A stretch of DNA of 29,181 bases from a virus (taxonomy: Duplodnaviria; Caudoviricetes). The DNA is taken from positions 1-29,181 of the IMG/VR virus record IMGVR_UViG_3300037851_000555; one strand, given 5' to 3'. Positions 7,070 through 15,800 of the stretch are shown in pieces (position 1 is the stretch's first letter; each line of letters starts with the position of its first letter). The notes under the pieces are model-generated. The model was not told where the DNA came from. It made no database searches and saw only the letters and a program-made list of their open reading frames with translations. The position numbers were made by a program, and so were the translations under genes.

Positions 7070-8353
7070 ATGGAACTCATCCCCCTCAAGCACATCTCCA
7101 TCTCCGACAGGCAGCGTAAGTTCTTCCCCCTCGATAAGATTATTGAACTCGCCGAGGACATCCGCCACAACGGGCTCCTCCATGCCCCCGTCCTCCAGTC
7201 CGACTCCCTCGACCTCCTCGCTGGCGAACGCCGCTGCCGCGCGATCGAGATGATCTACGACACCGGAGGCCAGTTCATGTATGGTGGGGAACTGATTCCC
7301 CCCGGCCTCATCCCAGTCACCCGCGCGCACTCTCGCGACGCCATTGGCTGGATGGAGGCCGAGCTGTCAGAGAACATTGCCCGGCAGGACCTCACCTGGC
7401 AGGAACGCGCGCAAGCGCTCCTCCGCCTCGACGACCTGCGCAAGATACAAAACGCCTCGCACACCGAGGCGGACACCCTCGCAGAGGTTCGCGCAGCCTA
7501 CGGACACAACCCGCCGGGCCTGCCTGTCCTCCGCGAAGAGATCCTCTTGGCCAAGCACCTGGAGGATGAGGACGTCGCGAAGCAGAAGACCAGGTCGGAC
7601 GCGATGCGCGTCCTGCGCCGCAAGGCTCAGCTCCAGCGCGCGGAACTCCTCGGCCAGCAATTTGATCTCTCCGCCAAGACCCAAAGCCCACACACCCCAG
7701 TCCACGCCGACTGCCGTGAGTGGTTGGGGGGCTGCCCTTCATCCTCCTTTGACCTCATCCTCACCGACCCTCCATATGGCATCGACGCGCAGGACCACAA
7801 CGAGCAGAACATTCTCGGCCACCAGTACGACGACAGCTACGCCAGCTGGAGGGACTTAATGCTCTGGTTCGCCGACGAGTCCTACCGCCTCGCTGCGCCG
7901 GAGGCCCATCTCTACCTCATGTGCGACATCGAGCGGTGGTATGAACTCCGTGGGCTATTCACCGTCGCAGGCTGGAATGTTTGGCGCCGGCCTATGATCT
8001 GGAACAAAGGGAACGGGATGCTCCCTCGCCCCGACTTCGGCCCCCGTAACACCTACGAAGCAATCCTCTTCGCCCGCAAGGGCGAGAAGACACTCAAGAC
8101 AGTCGGCTCCGCAGATATCGTCTCCTGCCCACAGCCTGCCCTCAACCGAACGCATGGGGCAGAAAAACCAGTGGGCCTCTTCCTCGAGCTGATGAAGCGG
8201 AGCTGCCTGCCGGGGGAAACCGTCCTTGACCCTTTCATGGGCGCTGGCACGATCTTCCCTGCGGCCAACCTCGCCCGCCTGCGCGCCACGGGCATTGAGA
8301 TGCACCCCGCCTTCTTCGGCGTCGCCGTCACCCGGCTGGAGGGAACCCAATGA
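7070..8353 (+). CDS. ParB/Srx-like domain fused to a beta-class N4/N6 DNA methyltransferase, 427 aa
   Basis: N-terminal GLLHAPVL...LLAGERRCRA...SENIARQDL. C-terminal LILTDPPY (motif IV), HGAEKP, VLDPFMGAG (motif I). Confidence 0.9.
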   Translation: MELIPLKHISISDRQRKFFPLDKIIELAEDIRHNGLLHAPVLQSDSLDLLAGERRCRAIEMIYDTGGQFMYGGELIPPGLIPVTRAHSRDAIGWMEAELSENIARQDLTWQERAQALLRLDDLRKIQNASHTEADTLAEVRAAYGHNPPGLPVLREEILLAKHLEDEDVAKQKTRSDAMRVLRRKAQLQRAELLGQQFDLSAKTQSPHTPVHADCREWLGGCPSSSFDLILTDPPYGIDAQDHNEQNILGHQYDDSYASWRDLMLWFADESYRLAAPEAHLYLMCDIERWYELRGLFTVAGWNVWRRPMIWNKGNGMLPRPDFGPRNTYEAILFARKGEKTLKTVGSADIVSCPQPALNRTHGAEKPVGLFLELMKRSCLPGETVLDPFMGAGTIFPAANLARLRATGIEMHPAFFGVAVTRLEGTQ

Positions 8354-10002
8354 CCTGCAAGCCGACCGGCCCCCAACCAGCCTCCATCCTCATCGTCGGC
8401 GAGGCCCCGGGGGTGGACGAAGTCCGCACTGGCGAGCCCTTCGTTGGCCTGTCCGGTAAGGAGCTGACCCGCATGCTCCACGACGCGGGGATCATTCGCT
8501 CTGCCTGCCGCATCACCAACGTGACGATGGAGAGGCCCGACGGAAACGACATCTCGAACTTCTTCGCCACAAGGACACAAGCCACTACCGACCACAAGCA
8601 CATCGCGGGTCGCTGGTGTCACCCCGCCATTACCTCCGGGCTTGAAGCGCTTCGACAGGAAGTGGCCCGAACAAACCCCAGCGTCATCCTGGCGCTTGGA
8701 GACACAGCACTTTGGGCTCTCACTTCCGAGACTGGTATTACCAAGTGGCGCGGCAGTCACATGGACCTTCGACCAGCCTTCGGGGGGCCCGTTCCAACTG
8801 AGACCGTCGTTATTCCCACGTACCACCCAGCGGCGATCCTCCGCCAGTGGAGCTGGAGGTACATCGCCGTCCAGGACATACGTCGGGCGGCAGAGATCGC
8901 CACCGGCAACGCACCTCAGCGGCCAGTGGAGAACTACACCATCCCTCGAACCCTCTCCGACGCGCTCGACGCCATCGAAGAACTTCGCGGATCTGATGTT
9001 CCACTGTCCTGCGATATCGAGACCCGCGCGGGATTCATCGACTGCATCGGCTTCGCCAGCAGCCAGTCCAGGGCGATCTGCTTCCCCTTCTTCAGCCTCT
9101 CTCAGCCAGGTGGGCTGTGGTCGTTGGAGGACGAGGCAGAGATCATCCTTCGCCTACGCGACCTACTATCCTTCTCCGAGATCATCGGGCAAAACTTCCT
9201 CTACGACGCCCAGTACATTGCCCGCCACTGGGGGCTGGCTGTCGTTCCGATGTTCGACACTATGATCGCCCAGGGGGTCGCGTGGCCCGGCCTACCCAAG
9301 GCATTGGACTTCCTCTCCTCCATGTACCTTCCGTGGCACAGGTACTGGAAGGACGAAAGCCAAGAGGCCGACGACAAGCTTGACGACTCCATCCGCTGGA
9401 GGTACAACTGCAAAGATTGCTGCACGACCTGGGCACTCCATCGCCCGCTGGAAGATGTCATCGACAAGCTGAAACTCCACGCGCCGCTGAAGCTCGAGAT
9501 GGATCTGTTCCGGCCCCTTCTGATGATGATGCTCCGTGGAGTCCGCATCAACACCAACCTCCGAGGCCAGCTCATGTCAGAGCTGATGGAAGTCCAGCAG
9601 CACTATGAGCAATACTTCGAGCAGTACGCAAAGCTCCTCCCAGGAACCAAGGCGGGTGCGAAGCCTTGGTATCGCAGCCCCAAGCAGCAACAACAGCTCT
9701 TCTACGACATCCTATCCCAAGCCCCCCTCCGCAATCGCAAGACAGGCAACGTCACCTCCGACGACGAGGCGTTGGAGAAGCTGGGCAAGCGAGAGCCCCT
9801 GCTACTGCCACTCACGCAGGCCATGCAGCGATATCGTTCCACGGGGGTGTTCCTCTCGACCTTCATCCAGGCACCCCTCGACTGGGACAGGCGAATGCGC
9901 TCGTCGTACAATCCAGTAGGAACCGAAACTTTGCGTTTTTCTAGTAGACAGGATGTGTTTGGCTATGGTACAAATTGTCAGAATATTCCAAAAGGAGACT
10001 GA
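8350..10002 (+). CDS. DNA polymerase A N-terminal part: family-4-like uracil-DNA glycosylase, 3'-5' exonuclease and thumb, 550 aa
   Basis: UDG motifs VGEAPG..E...GEPFVGLSG, TNV, TYHPAAILR. Exo I DIET, Exo II NFLYD, Exo III YNCKD. PolA SPKQ..LFY and TLRFSS...NCQNIP, then a stop. Confidence 0.92.
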   Translation: MTCKPTGPQPASILIVGEAPGVDEVRTGEPFVGLSGKELTRMLHDAGIIRSACRITNVTMERPDGNDISNFFATRTQATTDHKHIAGRWCHPAITSGLEALRQEVARTNPSVILALGDTALWALTSETGITKWRGSHMDLRPAFGGPVPTETVVIPTYHPAAILRQWSWRYIAVQDIRRAAEIATGNAPQRPVENYTIPRTLSDALDAIEELRGSDVPLSCDIETRAGFIDCIGFASSQSRAICFPFFSLSQPGGLWSLEDEAEIILRLRDLLSFSEIIGQNFLYDAQYIARHWGLAVVPMFDTMIAQGVAWPGLPKALDFLSSMYLPWHRYWKDESQEADDKLDDSIRWRYNCKDCCTTWALHRPLEDVIDKLKLHAPLKLEMDLFRPLLMMMLRGVRINTNLRGQLMSELMEVQQHYEQYFEQYAKLLPGTKAGAKPWYRSPKQQQQLFYDILSQAPLRNRKTGNVTSDDEALEKLGKREPLLLPLTQAMQRYRSTGVFLSTFIQAPLDWDRRMRSSYNPVGTETLRFSSRQDVFGYGTNCQNIPKGD

Positions 10003-10004
10003 CA

Positions 10005-10481
10005 ATGAAGAAGATACCATTGACTCAAGGTGAGGTTGCGCTCGTTGATGATAAGGACTATGAGCCTCTCATGAAGTTCCAGTGGTCTGTCTATGGGGGT
10101 ACAAGAGAGTATGAAAAAACGAAGTACGCTCTTCGCAGAGGGGTACGGCCAGACGGGGGGCAGACAACCGTAAAGATGCACAGACAGATACTCGGCCTCA
10201 CGAACCAGGACGAACACGTTGACCATATAAATGGGAACGGTCTAGATAACAGAAGGTCCAATCTCAGAATAGTAACCAGAAGCGCAAACCTCCACAATAC
10301 TCCAGCCTATCGAAACAACAGGCTTGGAATCAAGGGGGTCTTCTATAAGAGAGATAGAAGAGTATTCGTAGCTAAAGTTATGGAGCATAGAGTCCCCAAG
10401 ACACTCTACAGTGGCCCAGATCTATTCGAGGCTGTCTGTGCAAGAAAGTCCTGGGAAGCACACTACCACAAGGGAGACTAG
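10005..10481 (+). CDS. HNH homing endonuclease (HNH_3 type with AP2-like C-terminus), 158 aa
   Basis: IPLTQG..ALVD..DY, MHRQIL, VDHINGNGLDNRRSNLR, N..GIKGV. AT-rich relative to the flanks. AGGAG SD. Confidence 0.9.
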   Translation: MKKIPLTQGEVALVDDKDYEPLMKFQWSVYGGTREYEKTKYALRRGVRPDGGQTTVKMHRQILGLTNQDEHVDHINGNGLDNRRSNLRIVTRSANLHNTPAYRNNRLGIKGVFYKRDRRVFVAKVMEHRVPKTLYSGPDLFEAVCARKSWEAHYHKGD

Positions 10482-10483
10482 CC

Positions 10484-10669
10484 ATGCCCCTATTCAAGCC
10501 ATCCCTCGTCCGCAAGGTGCACATCTGGCCCGACGGCACGTACTGTGACGACAACGAGCTCGAGGGCTTTCTCCAATGGAAAAGCGACGACTATCGAACA
10601 GTGGAAATCACTGACGTCTTCGACCTGGAAAGGCAGCTATTCGAGGATGACACCGATGCAGCCCCCTGA
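10484..10669 (+). CDS. small acidic hypothetical protein, 61 aa, between the polymerase halves
   Basis: AAGGGAG SD, native codon usage, WPDGTYC...WKSDDY motif. Confidence 0.7.
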   Translation: MPLFKPSLVRKVHIWPDGTYCDDNELEGFLQWKSDDYRTVEITDVFDLERQLFEDDTDAAP

Positions 10670-11393
10670 TCCCAGCAGGCTTCCCAACATCCGGCGCCTG
10701 TTCACCCCCGACCCAGGTTACATCATCGGTGACGCTGACCTCGACCGCGCCGACCTGCAGGTTGTAGTCTGGGAGGCGGACGACGCAGAGATGAAACAAA
10801 TGCTCCGCGAGGGCGTGGATATGCACGCGGAGAACGCAAAGACCCTCCACTGCACGCGCCCGCAGGCGAAGGCCTGGGTTCATGGGACGAACTATGGCGG
10901 CTCGGCCCGCACGATGGCGATGGCAGCTGGCGTCACCACCGCCCAGTCCGAGGCCATGCAGCGCCGGTGGTTCTCCGCCCACCCAGGCATTAAGGAGTGG
11001 CACCGGAGGGTGGAGGGCCAACTCCAACAGACCCGGAGCGTCCACAATGCCTTCGGCTTCCGTCGCACCTACTTCGACCGGGTCGAGGGAATCCTCCCCG
11101 AAGCGCTCGCCTGGATACCGCAGTCCACAGTCGCCAACGTCATCAACAAGGGGCTGCTCAACATCTACACCAACCTCCCCCAGGTTCAACTCCTCCTCCA
11201 AGTCCACGATAGCCTTGTGTTCCAATGGCCCCTGTCCTCCGACCCCGCCATCCGCCCAGCCATCCGCGATAACCTCTTGATCTCTATCCCCTACCCTGAC
11301 CCTCTCACCATCCCAGTCGGGCTGAAGGTCAGCGCCGGCTCATGGGGCGATTGCAGGTCAACATCATGGGAGTTGGAGCATGCAATACAGTAA
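10656..11393 (+). CDS. DNA polymerase A C-terminal catalytic part (palm/fingers), 245 aa
   Basis: NIRRLF, motif A DADLDRADL, motif B RPQAKAWVHGTNYG, motif C QVHDSL. GAGGA (10643-10647) precedes ATG 10656. Confidence 0.9.
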   Translation: MQPPDPSRLPNIRRLFTPDPGYIIGDADLDRADLQVVVWEADDAEMKQMLREGVDMHAENAKTLHCTRPQAKAWVHGTNYGGSARTMAMAAGVTTAQSEAMQRRWFSAHPGIKEWHRRVEGQLQQTRSVHNAFGFRRTYFDRVEGILPEALAWIPQSTVANVINKGLLNIYTNLPQVQLLLQVHDSLVFQWPLSSDPAIRPAIRDNLLISIPYPDPLTIPVGLKVSAGSWGDCRSTSWELEHAIQ

Positions 11394-11565
11394 GCGCTGG
11401 ACGGGCATCACCTACCTGTTCAAAACACGCAGGCTGAGTCGGCAGCAGGAGGGCCTGGAGACGCTGACCCTCCCGGACCCCGTGAAGACAGGGCGGCGTA
11501 GGAGGATAGAAGAGCACATGGAGCAGAGAGCCCTGGGAAGGGAGCTGGCTGACGTTTGGGAGTGA
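11380..11565 (+). CDS. hypothetical basic protein, 61 aa
   Basis: GGAG SD and 14-nt overlap with the polymerase end. Purine-rich, atypical composition. Confidence 0.55.
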   Translation: MQYSKRWTGITYLFKTRRLSRQQEGLETLTLPDPVKTGRRRRIEEHMEQRALGRELADVWE

Positions 11566-11572
11566 TGGGGAT

Positions 11573-11596
11573 ATTGGGGGCAGAAATGCCCCCAAT
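11573..11596. other. perfect 10-bp stem-loop with GAAA tetraloop
   Basis: ATTGGGGGCA-GAAA-TGCCCCCAAT in the intergenic space before the helicase-like gene. Confidence 0.7.
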
Positions 11597-11626
11597 TCCA
11601 CCGGCGAAAACGAAAGGGAGCCCACC

Positions 11627-12880
11627 GTGCCGCGCCGCCTACAGAATTGGATCGACGCTTACCTCGACTACTCCGGTCACTCCGAGTCCCCGGAGGTCTT
11701 CCATTTCTGGACCGCGGTGAGTGTCATTGCTGGGGCTCTCCGTCGTCGGGTCTGGATTAATCAAGCGTACTTTGACTGGACGCCCAACCACTACATCATC
11801 TTCGTCGCCCCTCCAGGCATCGTCTCCAAATCCACCACTGCCAACATAGGCATGCGCCTCCTCCGCCAAATAGACGACGTCGTCTTCGGCCCGGACAGCA
11901 TGACCTGGCAGGCCCTCACGGAGAGTCTCTCCCAGTCCACAAGAGAGGTTCTCATCGGCCAGGACTTCTACTCCATGTCCTGCGTGACGATCGTCTCCAG
12001 CGAGTTCGGGACATTCCTCGACCCCAGCGACCGCGCGATGGTGGATGTGCTCGTGTCCCTCTGGGACGGTCAGGTGGGAACCTGGGAACGCAGAACAAAA
12101 ACCCAGGGGGCCGACCTGATCGTCAACCCCTGGCTCAACATCATCGCCTGCACAACCCCCAAGTGGATCGCCGGGAACTTCCCCGAGTATATGATCGGCG
12201 GAGGCTTCACATCCCGCTGCGTATTCGTCTACGGCGAGGAAAAGCGACACCTCGTCGCTTATCCTGCCATGAACATTCCCAAGAACTTCGCCTCCCGCGA
12301 GGCGGACCTCGTCCACGATCTGGAGATCATCTCCCAGCTCGCGGGCCCGGTTACTATGACGCAGGAGGCTGTCGAGTGGGGCACGCAGTGGTACACCGAC
12401 CACTATGCCTCCACAAAATCCATGCCCCTGGAAGAGTCCAAGTGGGGTGGTTACTGGGCTCGCAAGCAGACCCACATTCACAAGCTCGCGATGGTGCTCA
12501 GCGCGGCGGAGGACGATAGCCTCATCATCCAGCGGCACCACCTCGCCGATGCCGCCGCCATTGTCACGCAGCTCGAGGGGAACCTCCCCCGCATATTCGA
12601 ACTGGTCGGCCAGTCCTCCGACGCCCGCATCGCGGAGGCTGTGAGGGAGGTCGTTTCCTCTAACTTCGCCATCGACAAGGCTGCGCTCTTCCGCCGCCTG
12701 TCAAAGACCTACAGCCCTCGTGAGGTGGAAGACGCCTTGACCTCCTCCATCCGCGCGGGCCTGATCGGCGTCAGGCAGATGAGCAACCGAGTCCTCTTAA
12801 TGGATTTGGAGAAGGAACTGTACAACGTAGCTGCGCAGAGTCAGTATGCTGGCGTGAACCCCTCGGCCACTTCCGAGTAG
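11627..12880 (+). CDS. DUF3987/YfjI-like AAA+ ATPase, putative replicative helicase, 417 aa
   Basis: ESP..FH.W, Walker A-like APPGIVSKSTT, Walker B-like IVSSEF, LWDG, GGFTSR (Arg finger). AAGGGAG SD with GTG start. Confidence 0.75.
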   Translation: MPRRLQNWIDAYLDYSGHSESPEVFHFWTAVSVIAGALRRRVWINQAYFDWTPNHYIIFVAPPGIVSKSTTANIGMRLLRQIDDVVFGPDSMTWQALTESLSQSTREVLIGQDFYSMSCVTIVSSEFGTFLDPSDRAMVDVLVSLWDGQVGTWERRTKTQGADLIVNPWLNIIACTTPKWIAGNFPEYMIGGGFTSRCVFVYGEEKRHLVAYPAMNIPKNFASREADLVHDLEIISQLAGPVTMTQEAVEWGTQWYTDHYASTKSMPLEESKWGGYWARKQTHIHKLAMVLSAAEDDSLIIQRHHLADAAAIVTQLEGNLPRIFELVGQSSDARIAEAVREVVSSNFAIDKAALFRRLSKTYSPREVEDALTSSIRAGLIGVRQMSNRVLLMDLEKELYNVAAQSQYAGVNPSATSE

Positions 12881-15800
12881 AGCCTCCGGTATTTCTTCTC
12901 TGGCGCTTGGCCCTCTTCCCCAAGCCTCTGCCGTTGCAGGCTCGCCTTCAGCCCCTTCCTCAACTGCGTCGCGCTGATCTTCATCTCAGGATACGGCACG
13001 CTGTCGTTGAAGCCCCGAATACCCTCCATCACATCCGCCATCGCCTCCCTGTCCACGGCCTGTCCCGGCTCCTTCACCTTGTACAGATGATAGAACTGTC
13101 CGACAACAACCTCCCGCCTCCCCTTCCAGTACTTCGCCGCCTCCTTCTGCGCCCAACGCATTTCGCTCTCGGCAGCGATCTCCGCAGGACGGAAGCCGGC
13201 TGCCTGCGCGAGGTGCGTCACAACGTCAAGGGGGTCACCCCAGTCAATCTCAACCTGCATCTCCCCGGCCCGGCCGCGCTCGCCGCCCTCTCGCACTCTC
13301 CGATAGGTCCGATAGACATCTCGGACGACGGTAGGCATCGCCTGCTCGAAGTCCCTTTCCTCCCCACTAGACACCGCCTTCGCCCAGTTCAGCGGGATAC
13401 TGAACAGCGCGCCGAGTGCCTCCGACTGGACCCGTAGTGCGCTGTCTCTGATGTCCCCCCCTGGCATCATCGCCGCCGTGAGCGGCTCCACCGTGGGCAC
13501 CACCCGCCCATGGCTCATGCTCCCGCTCAGATCCCAGGGCGTTGCGACCCTCGCCAGTCCGTGCATCAACAGCTCCGGGTTCATCTCCAGCTCCTGCACA
13601 TACTCCCTCACGCAGTCCCGGATGTCCCCAGTCTTACAGAGTTCCCCCTGCGTCGCGGCGTTCAGGATGTCCAGCAAGTCCTCCGCGAACGGTAGGCCCA
13701 GTGCCCCCGCGATCGCCAACTGAAGCCCAAGGAACCTCCACTTCCCCGGATCCCTGATAGCAAAGTAGTTCATGATCTGCGAGTACATCTTGAACAGGAA
13801 GATGGCGCTCTTCTTCCCCCGCATCAGCTCCGGCCTCGCCCAGCGAGCATACTCCCCTTGCGTCATCTCGGTCGCTGACCTACCCGCCGTGTAGGCGAGG
13901 CTGTACGCCTCCTTCCCCTCCGGCGTTCCTACCAGCTCCTGCATCCTTTTCGCTATCTCCCTCTCCGTCGCGCCCTCCATCCCCAGCAGCTTCCTCAGCT
14001 CCAGCATATACGCCGCCCGGAAGGTCACCAGCCTATTCACCTCCTCTCCCTTCTGGAACAAATAGCTGGAGTAATACCCCACCCTCCGAATCATACTCGC
14101 CGCGTCCTGCGACTTCAGGAACCTTCCGGGCAAGAGGCGTTGCAGGTTGCTCCCCTCCGCGAGGCCCGCCAGCTCGGTAAAGAGGCTCTGGTTCAGGATA
14201 CCAGCCTCCATACCCTCCCTCAGCGCATTCTCCAGGTGAACGCCGATATCCTCTCCCTTGCCCTTCATCATCTGCCGGATCATGCTGTAGCCCTTGGCCA
14301 TCTCCGCCACAGCCCGCCCATCCCCATATCTCGTAGCGAGCCAGGGATAGGTCGTAAAGATTGGCTGCATGACCTGCACGACGGCCGCCCTCGGCACAGC
14401 CCCCAGATACCACAGGAACCCCGCCGCGCGTAGGTTGGCCAGGTCATTCCCTGGGTTGAGCATATCCCTCTGCGACCTGCGGAGGTAGTTCAACAAGTCC
14501 GACAGCTTATTCCCCTCTTGGGCCATCGCAGGGTCTTCACTCACCGCCATTTCCTTCCGATACCTGTCCAGCTCCTTCAGCGCGTCGTCCATCTCACCCC
14601 TATGCTCCGCCCGCGCGATGTGGCCGGCGAGGCTCTGCCCCAACGCGGCCATGGCTCGCAGCCCATCATCCGTAAAGCCTCTCGTTCCCTTCCTTCGCAG
14701 GAGCCGTTGCTTGAAGGCATTCTCCGGGGTAAAGTGCAGCATAACTGTCCGCAGCGCGTTCAGCTGATCCTGCAGCATCTTCAACGTGTCGGCATCTACC
14801 GTTTCATCTCCTGTGAGGTAGCTCTGCGCCGCACCCATGATCTCCCCCTCGATCGCTCGAAGGACAGTAGGCGGCAGGCCCATGAAGCTGTAGATACTCT
14901 CATCCACGCGGTCAGCAGCCACTGTTACCTTCCCGCCGTGGGCCTTGAGCAGCTCTGCCTTCCGCTTCCGCTGTTCGCCCTTGGTTTCGAACAGCTCAAA
15001 CAGCATTGTGTCTCCTTTCCTGAACCCCCTGCCCATAAAGTTCAGATCCTCCGTGGCCTTCACATGGACGGCATAGGTCCCAAACCTTGCGAGGGGCCAG
15101 TAGTCTCTATTCCTCATCTTCGCGAAGTCCTTCGCGCTCTCCTTCAGCGCCTCATCCCTCGCTTTTATCATCTCCTGCCGTGAGACAATGCTCTTCTCCT
15201 GCGCGATCCGTTCGTTCCAGAGCCCATTGATCCTCACCTCAGCAAGCTGCTCCAGCTTCGCCAGCGCATCGTTGAGCATCTCCCGGCCGGACTGCCAGAG
15301 CCCCATCAGCCCGTCGTCCAGCCCCCCGACCTTCCTCGCCTCCGCAGCCAGTTCATCCGGCGTTAGCTTCCGCTGGAGTTCGTCACTCAGCACCGTCACC
15401 TCATTCGCGAACCTCCAAAGCTTCGACAGATCTTCCTTGCCGTAGCCGCTCCTGCGGACCTGGTCCACCCAGCCATCCCACTTCGAGGTCAAGATACCCT
15501 TCGTTCCCCACCAGCGCCGAGCAGCATCCACAAAAGGCCTGACGCCTGGGACGGTCCAATTCTCCCGCTCCACCTGCGGCAGGGTCAACAGCGCTTTCAT
15601 GAACCAGTTGAATCGGGACTGGTTCTTCCCCAGGGAGCCTGCATCAAGCTTGGTCCCAAAGACCCGGTTGAGGGATTCAAAGACCTTCGAGGGCGTCGGC
15701 CTTATAGGGGCAGTAACATCCCCCTCCGCCTCATCCGTCACCGTCAGCGCCACCGCACTTTCATGCATCAGCGGCGTCGGCGCTACCTTCTGTGCATCAA

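Noticed and set aside
6978-7253. Pseudoknot-stimulated readthrough of the SSB stop
   Set aside because: The spacer is 17 nt, and the extension is an off-frame Ser/Pro-rich shadow of the ParB gene rather than a fusion to it.
10000-10668. Group I intron interrupting the polymerase
   Set aside because: A U|...G| junction can be drawn in frame and GACGACTATC resembles a P7 strand. However, no downstream partner (e.g. ATAGTC) was found, and the interval is almost completely filled by two ORFs. Not supportable without a covariance-model search.
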